From Candidatus Micrarchaeia archaeon (GTDB lineage: Archaea > Micrarchaeota > Micrarchaeia > Norongarragalinales > UBA8480), in contig JBAMLY010000011.1 of assembly GCA_039794045.1 (NCBI GenBank), forward strand, positions 1 through 33,234: a stretch of DNA of 33,234 nucleotides, given 5' to 3'. Shown here piece by piece: positions 27,413 to 33,234 of this stretch (within the stretch, counting starts at the first letter, position 1; every line of letters starts with the position of its first letter). The notes under the pieces are model-generated. The model worked only from the letters and a program-made list of their open reading frames with translations, had not been told where the DNA came from and searched no databases. A program made the translations under genes and the position numbers.

Positions 27413-29086
27413 CTACTGTCCGTGGACTCCTTCTTCTTTCTTTGAGAACAGCACTTCAACGAAGACCGCGTAAGCCGGGCGCGTCAACAACACGCCGATA
27501 AGCAACCCAATAACCGTAGACAAAGCGAAGCCGACTACCTCGATTATGCCTGAAAGCATTAATGGAAGCATGGAAACCACTGCAACGCCAGCAGTAGTGA
27601 GAATAATGTAGAAAGCGCGCGCTACTCTCTTCTTGGCTTCTTGTTTTTGGCTCACTATTTCTTCGTCGCCTTTCTCGCGTTTTTTGAGGAGCTCGTCTGT
27701 AATGATTATTTGGTCATCCACGCCCTTGCCTATCAAAGTAATTATTCCAGCCATTGCGCCCAAATCAATCGTTCCAATAGTTCCCATTATGGCAGTCAAA
27801 ATAATGATTTCGCAGACGTTGGTGACTATTATTGGAATTATTAGTTTGACTATCTTGTATCTAACCATTATAGTGGCAGAAACCCCTATTATGGCTAAAA
27901 ACAAGGCCACCGCGCTGTAGTAAAGAAATTGTTCTCCGAGCGAGGGAGCCACCGCGTAAGCGCTTCCCACCACCGTGCTTACTGGCAGGCGACCGCCAGA
28001 AATAACGCTTTTCAACCGCTTTATTTCTTCTTGCGCGTAAGCCTCTTTTTGTTTCTCGGTTTCTCCCACAGCAGTGCCAGTAATGGAGTAATACTGCGAA
28101 ACATAGCCGTTAGCGAGTCCCTCGCTCAACAAAGGCGCGGAAAGCAAGCCAATTGCTTCCCAGCGGTTGACGTTCGCGTTAGCACCGCTGTTAAGTGAAG
28201 GAGTCATTTCCGCGGGCGAGCGAGTCATGAGCACTTTCGCGTTCTCAGCTTCCTTCTCGCTTGCAGTCACTTCCTCTAAGGGTTTGAAGCCCATCGCCAA
28301 AAGCTCTGAGTAAACCTCGGGATTTTTTTCCTTTAACTCGCTGCTCACGATTATTTTTGAGCGGTTGGAGGAAGCAATGGCTTCCTTGTCTTTCGCGAAG
28401 TCCTCAACGTAAAACAAGAGAATGTCGTCGCCTTCCTTGCGCAATGCCTCTGAAACCGCGTTGGACGCCGCCGCATTTAATGCGCTCTCGCTCAAGTAAG
28501 AACGGTATTCAAGCAAGACGGCATTCTCGGGCCTATCAAGAAACAGCATTACGGGGTATTCGGCTTTCCCGCGAGCCACTTCAGCGAACCTCTCTCCGCC
28601 TTCGCGGCTCACCACGAAGTTGAGTTCCCACCTATCGCTCTTAGTTGTTTTAGGCGTTTGCTCGCTTCCAGCGCCACCTACTGCCACGACGTCCTCGCCG
28701 CCGAGCGCTTGCCTGCCGTCAATCAATGCCTCAAACTTTCCTTGCTCGCGCAAAATCCTTTCAACGCTTTTTATGACTTCCTCGTCTGCGCGAGGTATTT
28801 CTACGACGATTTCTCTGTCCCCCAAAGGCTGTACTATCGATTGCTTCAAACCATACTTGTTGATGCGGTTCTTGATGACTTCCACCATCGTGGACATCGT
28901 CGTCGAATCCACAGACTTTTCCAGAGTAATGGGAATGCGGACTCCGCCAATGAATTCAATTCCAAAATTAGAGTCTAGCGTGGCAGGGTTCAAGTCTCGC
29001 AAAAATATGAAGCCCAGTGCTACGACTATCACGAGCGCCAGCAACTGAACTTTCCTGTTGCCAAACACTTGCTTTAACTGCGACAT
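27413..29086 (-). CDS. secD: Protein translocase subunit SecD
   Basis: GIEFIGG, RINKYGL, SGGRLP, VAPSLG, GKGVDDQIIITDE and TRPAY. Confidence 0.93.
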   Translation of the reverse strand: MSQLKQVFGNRKVQLLALVIVVALGFIFLRDLNPATLDSNFGIEFIGGVRIPITLEKSVDSTTMSTMVEVIKNRINKYGLKQSIVQPLGDREIVVEIPRADEEVIKSVERILREQGKFEALIDGRQALGGEDVVAVGGAGSEQTPKTTKSDRWELNFVVSREGGERFAEVARGKAEYPVMLFLDRPENAVLLEYRSYLSESALNAAASNAVSEALRKEGDDILLFYVEDFAKDKEAIASSNRSKIIVSSELKEKNPEVYSELLAMGFKPLEEVTASEKEAENAKVLMTRSPAEMTPSLNSGANANVNRWEAIGLLSAPLLSEGLANGYVSQYYSITGTAVGETEKQKEAYAQEEIKRLKSVISGGRLPVSTVVGSAYAVAPSLGEQFLYYSAVALFLAIIGVSATIMVRYKIVKLIIPIIVTNVCEIIILTAIMGTIGTIDLGAMAGIITLIGKGVDDQIIITDELLKKREKGDEEIVSQKQEAKKRVARAFYIILTTAGVAVVSMLPLMLSGIIEVVGFALSTVIGLLIGVLLTRPAYAVFVEVLFSKKEEGVHGQ

Positions 29087-29104
29087 TACTAAAACCTTTT
29101 TTTC

Positions 29105-30259
29105 TTATGCGAGCGCCGCCCGCCTGCGCTCTTTCTTCTCGGCGTACCACAAGATTATTCCAGCGTTCGCGCACCACGTAGCAATGAAGTCAGCCACGCC
29201 ACCAATCACTGCCACTATGCCGATCTGGTAGTAAGTGGCAATCTGCAAGTAAGCGCCGACCACTGCCAGAATGCCGAACGCTACTATAGTTGTCAAGTTA
29301 AGCATGAAGCCCGTAATAAACGCGCCGTAAACTCTTTCCTGCGGCGTTCCTCCCTCGCGCTTGAGGACGCGAATAGTCAAAAGCATGTCAGTGTCAAGCG
29401 AGAAGCCAATAAGCATAAGCAAAGTAGCAACGCTAGCCAAAGACAACGGAATCCCGAACAAGCTCATCGCTCCCATCGTAATAACTAAGTCGTTGAAAGC
29501 ACCGAAAATCACTGCAAAGCTCGGCACCAAGCTCCTGAAAATGATTAGCACGACGATGGCTGAAAGCAGGAAAGACCACAACAAGAACTCCTGCGTTTTA
29601 GAGAAGAAGTACTTACTCAAAACGCTTCCCACTTCCTTTACCGAGAAAGCCGCGCCTGACGCGCTCTCCCGCACTACAGCCAAAATTTTTTCGCGGTAAG
29701 CAGAACGAGCGTTGTTGAACTCTTCGTCTGCAACTTTTACTGCGTTGTGCGCATCGCTTCCAGCACTCTTCGAAGACTTTATTGATGCAAGCAAAGCACT
29801 CGCGTCAGCCAGCACTTCCTCCTTGAGCTTGCCTGCCTTCTGCGCTGCTTCGAAAGCCTCGCCGGCGCGCGAGGAATCGTTTTTCGCGGCTTCAGCTAAG
29901 TAGTTGGCGTTGAGTTCTGCTTGCACTAGCGCAGCTTCCTTGTTACGCAACAAAGACATCTTTTCTGCCGCTTCCTCTAGAACGGGGTCGTTGCCGAGTT
30001 CTACCTCAAAGCCTTTTCCGGCGCTGTTCTCGAAAGCACGCACTGAAACCTCTGGAGAAAGCGAGGCAAGCTTTTCCTTCACTAAGCCAGCGTCAACCGA
30101 AGAAGCACCCAACACAGTAACGCGAATGCCTCCCTTCAATTCTATGCCTGAAGGAATGCCGTTAAAGAAAATGAGCGCAAGCGAAGCCAGCATTAGCGCT
30201 GCAGGCACCAAGATGAGTTTCTTGTAGTGCCTCGATTTATAAAAGTTCGGGAAGTCCAT
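29105..30259 (-). CDS. secF: Protein translocase subunit SecF
   Basis: GIELKGG, VGSVLS, IFRS..PS, LMLIGFSLDTDMLLT and TWCAN. Confidence 0.92.
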   Translation of the reverse strand: MDFPNFYKSRHYKKLILVPAALMLASLALIFFNGIPSGIELKGGIRVTVLGASSVDAGLVKEKLASLSPEVSVRAFENSAGKGFEVELGNDPVLEEAAEKMSLLRNKEAALVQAELNANYLAEAAKNDSSRAGEAFEAAQKAGKLKEEVLADASALLASIKSSKSAGSDAHNAVKVADEEFNNARSAYREKILAVVRESASGAAFSVKEVGSVLSKYFFSKTQEFLLWSFLLSAIVVLIIFRSLVPSFAVIFGAFNDLVITMGAMSLFGIPLSLASVATLLMLIGFSLDTDMLLTIRVLKREGGTPQERVYGAFITGFMLNLTTIVAFGILAVVGAYLQIATYYQIGIVAVIGGVADFIATWCANAGIILWYAEKKERRRAALA

Positions 30260-30331
30260 TCGCTTTTGCAGTCCCCTAAAATTCGCTTACAACTACAGGA
30301 AAAAAACCTTTAAATCGTTTCCCGTGCTCTC

Positions 30332-30353
30332 CGAAAAACGTATTTTAATAAAT
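30332..30353 (+). promoter_or_regulatory. Putative BRE/TATA promoter for the hairpin RNA plus tRNA-Leu transcript
   Basis: CGAAAAA followed by TATTTTAATAAA about 25 nt before 30368; no TATA-like box directly upstream of tRNA-Leu. Confidence 0.45.
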
Positions 30354-30367
30354 AACGCTAAAAAATA

Positions 30368-30458
30368 GTGGGAGGAAAGCGCCAAGCTTGTCTTCAACCA
30401 CTTTTTTCTTTCAGGGAAAGAAATTGGTTGACGCTTGAAAATTCGTTGCGCCCTCCAC
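30368..30458 (+). ncRNA. Structured hairpin RNA of unknown function upstream of tRNA-Leu
   Basis: Nested pairings GTGG(G)AGG/CCTCCAC, GCGC/GCGC, CAAGC/GCTTG, TCAACCA/TGGTTGA and TTTCTTTC/GAAAGAAA. Confidence 0.45.
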
Positions 30459-30494
30459 GAAATAATGTTTTCGCAGGGGTCGCCAAGTCTGGTC

Positions 30495-30572
30495 GCAACC
30501 ATTTTTTGCTTCGAGCCAGCGCTCAAACGCGTGCAACGTAAAAAGCGGTGACGGAAAAGCAGGTTGCCAGAT
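30495..30572 (+). other. D-loop BHB intron of tRNA-Leu (78 nt, possibly nested)
   Basis: Central CUGG/CCAG, bulges UC^G and AU^A, intron helix CAACC/GGUUG. Confidence 0.88.
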
Positions 30573-30622
30573 AAAGGCGCAGCGCTCAGAACGCTGTCCC
30601 GTAGAGGGTTCGAGGGTTCAAA

Positions 30623-30669
30623 ACCAGCTTCCTTTCTTTGAAAGAAAGAAAAAAAGAGGTTGGGGGAAT
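30623..30669 (+). other. T-loop 59/60 intron of tRNA-Leu (47 nt)
   Basis: Central UUCA/GGGA (one mismatch), bulges AA^A and AU^U, intron helix CCAGCUUC/GAGGUUGG. Confidence 0.85.
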
Positions 30670-30813
30670 TCCCTTCCCCTGCACTCCCTTCCTGCCTGAA
30701 AGCATTTTGCTTCAAGCTTCGCTTGAAGTCTCGCCAAAAACTCGCGGTTTGTCGGTGTTTTGGGGGGCGTGCTTATTTATTGGTGTGCTGTGAAATTGTT
30801 TGCGGTGTTTGTC

Positions 30814-32112
30814 GTGAGGGTTCTTTCAAGCGAGCTTGCCGGGCGGGACGGCGAAACTGTTGAGATAGCAGGGTGGGTGCACAGCGTGCGCGACATCAAG
30901 AAATTGTTGTTCGCTGTAGTGCGCGACCGGGCAGGCAAAGTGCAAGTCACTTTCAGGGAGCCCGAGTTGCTGGCTAAAGCGCGCTCTCTTGGTTTGGAGG
31001 ACGTCGTAGTAGTGCGGGGCACCGTGCGGGCAAACCCTTCAGTGAAAATGGGGGGCGTTGAAGTGGAAGCGTCTTCCCTTGAAGTTCTCTCCAAGGCTGC
31101 TTCGCCGCTCCCCGTGGACGTGGCTGGAAAAACTGAGACTGGTTTCGAGGCGAGGTTCGACCACCGCTTTCTAGACTTGCGCCGCGAAAAGCCGCATGCT
31201 TTGTTCAAGGTTCGCGCCACACTGTGTTCCGCGTTCAAGGAGTTCTTGAGCGCGCACGGCTTCCTGGAAGTGCACACGCCTAAAATCATTGCTACTGGGA
31301 CCGAGGGCGGCACCAGCATGTTTGCAGTTAAATACTTTGAGCGCCAGGCTTTCCTTGCGCAGAGCCCCCAGTTTTACAAGCAAATGCTGGTGGGAGCTGG
31401 CTTTGAACGCGTTTTCGAGCTTTCCCCTGTTTTTCGCGCTGAAGAACACAACACTCCTTTTCACTTGAATGAGTACGTTAGTATGGACGTCGAGCAAGGT
31501 TTCATTAAAGACGAGGGCGACGTCATGCGCGTGTGCGAGCAACTTGTTTCCTTCATGGTTGCTAGAGTAAAGCAAAACAATTCGGGCGAACTTGCAGTGT
31601 TCGGCGTTGACTTGCAGCCACCCAAAACTCCTTTTCCGGTGCTTCGCTACTGGGAGTTGCCTGAAATAATGGCGTTGGCGGGGAAAAAGTTCGCTGAAAC
31701 TGACGACTTGAGCAGAGAGCACGAGCAAATAATTTGCGATTACGCGCTAAAGAATTTTGGCTCTCCATTCGTTTTCGTGGACAACTATCCTTTGCAGCAC
31801 CGCCCCGCTTACACCATGCCTTTGGAGGACAGGAAAGGGTTCACGCGCGGGTTCGACTTGCTGTTTAACGGCTTAGAAATAGTTACTGGAGGGCAAAGAA
31901 TTCACGACTACGAGTTGCTGCAAGCGCGCTTCAAGGAGAAAGGATTCAAACCGGAAAACTTCGAGTTTTACTTCGAGGCTTTTAAGTACGGCATGCCGCC
32001 CCACGGCGGTTTCGCGATTGGCTTGGAGCGCTTGACCGCCAAACTCCTCGGCTTGCAGAACGTGCGCGAGGCAGCTTTTTTCCCTCGCGACAGGACGCGC
32101 TTGGTTCCCTGA
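30814..32112 (+). CDS. aspS: Archaeal-type aspartyl-tRNA synthetase
   Basis: OB-fold AGWVH..RD, RFLDLR, EGG, LAQSPQFYKQ, FRAEEHNT..HLNE, GGQRIH, PPHGGFAIGLER and FPRD. Confidence 0.95.
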   Translation: MRVLSSELAGRDGETVEIAGWVHSVRDIKKLLFAVVRDRAGKVQVTFREPELLAKARSLGLEDVVVVRGTVRANPSVKMGGVEVEASSLEVLSKAASPLPVDVAGKTETGFEARFDHRFLDLRREKPHALFKVRATLCSAFKEFLSAHGFLEVHTPKIIATGTEGGTSMFAVKYFERQAFLAQSPQFYKQMLVGAGFERVFELSPVFRAEEHNTPFHLNEYVSMDVEQGFIKDEGDVMRVCEQLVSFMVARVKQNNSGELAVFGVDLQPPKTPFPVLRYWELPEIMALAGKKFAETDDLSREHEQIICDYALKNFGSPFVFVDNYPLQHRPAYTMPLEDRKGFTRGFDLLFNGLEIVTGGQRIHDYELLQARFKEKGFKPENFEFYFEAFKYGMPPHGGFAIGLERLTAKLLGLQNVREAAFFPRDRTRLVP

Positions 32113-32124
32113 GTTGGTTGGCTG

Positions 32125-32571
32125 GTGAAAAAAATTTTTTTCAAATTCGATCCCAAGAAGGAAGTAGTGCAGCCATTCATTGTGGGCTACAAGGTAGAGG
32201 CTTTCGCTAGGCTGGACTCTTACTTGGATGCTTGGATTGAAGTGCTTTGCCGTAAGCACTTCGGCGAAGACTCTCGACTGCTTTCATTGATTGACGAGTT
32301 GAATTTAGTGCCGCCGTTCCAGAAAGCGCGCTTGCTTGAAAAACAAGGCGTTCTTTCACCTGCCTTGTATTCAAGGCTGAAACGGTTCAAGGAAGCGCGC
32401 AACCGCTTGGCGCACTCTCTCGCTCCCCTTGCCGAGCACGGCTTAAGGTTGCCGGCCGCGCAAGGCAAGCCTCTAGAGGAAGCGGAAAAACTTGCTGAGA
32501 AGGATTTGGAAAAAGCGCTGCAAGAAGGGCTGGCGTTGTACGCAGAGCTTGCCGTGCTCGCGCAAAAGTAA
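32125..32571 (+). CDS. Hypothetical helical protein with a HEPN/MtlR-like RxxxxH motif
   Basis: PFQKARLL...G.LS..LY..L..FKEARNRLAH; 12 bp after aspS. Confidence 0.55.
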   Translation: MKKIFFKFDPKKEVVQPFIVGYKVEAFARLDSYLDAWIEVLCRKHFGEDSRLLSLIDELNLVPPFQKARLLEKQGVLSPALYSRLKRFKEARNRLAHSLAPLAEHGLRLPAAQGKPLEEAEKLAEKDLEKALQEGLALYAELAVLAQK

Positions 32572-32574
32572 GCA

Positions 32575-33117
32575 CTACTCGCTTAACAGCATGTAAGCCA
32601 AATCAAAGTGCTTTCCTTTGTAGCGCACCGACTTTGGAAAGCGCGCGAACTCTTTGAAGCCAAGCCTTTAGTACAACTTTTTGGCTGGCTTGTTTAGCGC
32701 GAAAACCGCGAGGTAAATGTTGGCTGGCTTGAGCTCTTTTTTTTGCGCGTTTTATTAGTTCTGACGGCATTGCTTTTCCGAGTCTCGTGTTATTGAAAGG
32801 CTTGGAAACTGCTGTGGCGAGTTCGACTTTGTCTCTTTTTGCTAGCTTGTTCCTGCGCGCTTCTGCGGTCGCGGTTACGGCGCCATTGCTTTCAGCCACG
32901 ATTGCTGTGATGTTTCCTTTTCTGGCTTGCTTTAACTTCTCGAAGAAAAGCTTGCGTTCTTCGGCCAGGCTTGGAATTTTTTCTGTAAGAAGGTATGCTC
33001 CTTCTCGCACTAACTTGGCTGCGAACTCACGCATTTTGCTTGGCTTGTCTCTTGGTAGCAAGTCGCGAGTAGTACTTGGCGGCCGTTTTTTAAAGTCACT
33101 GTTTTTTTCCCCGCCAT
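32575..33117 (-). pseudogene. GNAT acetyltransferase, disrupted
   Basis: ATG 33117 gives MAGKKTVTLKNGRQVLL, a frameshift at about 33066 leads into the track ORF, a second lies in the A8 run at 32737-32744, then IYLAVFALNKPAKKLY*RLGFKE (motif B with TAA at 32668-32670) to TAG 32575. Confidence 0.8.
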
Positions 33118-33140
33118 TTAAACACTTTTTTGGGTGGGAG

Positions 33141-33214
33141 TGGGGAGGCCGAGATTCGAACTCGGATCTTCAGCTCCCGAAGCTGAAAGCATAGCCAGGT
33201 TGGCCCACCTCCCC
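33141..33214 (-). tRNA. tRNA-Pro(CGG), no intron
   Basis: GGGGAGGTGGGCCAACCTGGCTATGCTTTCAGCTTCGGGAGCTGAAGATCCGAGTTCGAATCTCGGCCTCCCCA; all stems pair. Confidence 0.95.
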
Positions 33215-33234
33215 GCTTACAAACATTTTTTTGT

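Larger units (their letters stand above)
30473..30683 (+). tRNA. tRNA-Leu(CAG) with two introns (D-loop about 20a/20b, and 59/60)
   Basis: Exons GCAGGGGTCGCCAAGTCTGGTC | AAAGGCGCAGCGCTCAGAACGCTGTCCCGTAGAGGGTTCGAGGGTTCAAA | TCCCTTCCCCTGCA; long variable arm and A73. Confidence 0.93.

Noticed and set aside
30371..30384. GAGGAAAG resembling RNase P RNA conserved region I
   Set aside because: There is no room for the rest of RNase P RNA and no matching 3' conserved region; local hairpin pairing explains the motif.
30368..30470. Split or permuted tRNA half
   Set aside because: No anticodon arm, T-arm or clean BHB half can be built on either strand.
30293..30715. 140-aa ORF, plus the 25478-25813 ORF and the adk extension to 16741
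   Set aside because: These lie over intron-containing tRNA genes and are spurious.
1..33234. CRISPR array, integrase, transposase or att direct repeats
   Set aside because: None seen on reading; the only echo of the tRNA-Pro 3' end is too short to be meaningful.

Overview
Core-genome window of an archaeon, most likely DPANN/Micrarchaeota. This is inferred from the three-unit epsilon2-type tRNA splicing endonuclease and the gene content. It carries an upper mevalonate cluster (MVK, class II HMGR, HMGS, thiolase, DUF35) and a coiled-coil/DUF2207/GNAT operon. An information-processing run follows: endA, dhs, class I lysS, aIF2-gamma, adk, PIN/Utp24, rpoE1, spt4, rps24e, rps27ae, CPBP protease, kae1, sua5-like, bud32, rpl41e and hel308. 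A membrane-biogenesis neighbourhood contains tetraether synthase Tes, an archaeosortase-family protein, CarS and secF-secD. The right end holds aspS, a HEPN-like ORF and a broken GNAT gene; the left end holds a broken methyltransferase gene and an HD-domain gene. Reading the DNA directly shows four tRNA genes. Three of them (Lys-UUU, Gln-CUG, Leu-CAG) each carry two BHB/BHL introns, five of the six at non-canonical positions, and all three share a 45-48 nt intron at T-loop position 59/60. Two of these T-loop introns look homologous. The Leu D-loop intron may be nested, and an intron-like ~90-nt hairpin lies just upstream of tRNA-Leu. The other highlight is an apparent capacity for isoprenoid, archaeol and GDGT synthesis in a probable DPANN cell. 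All homology calls come from motif recognition; no searches were run.
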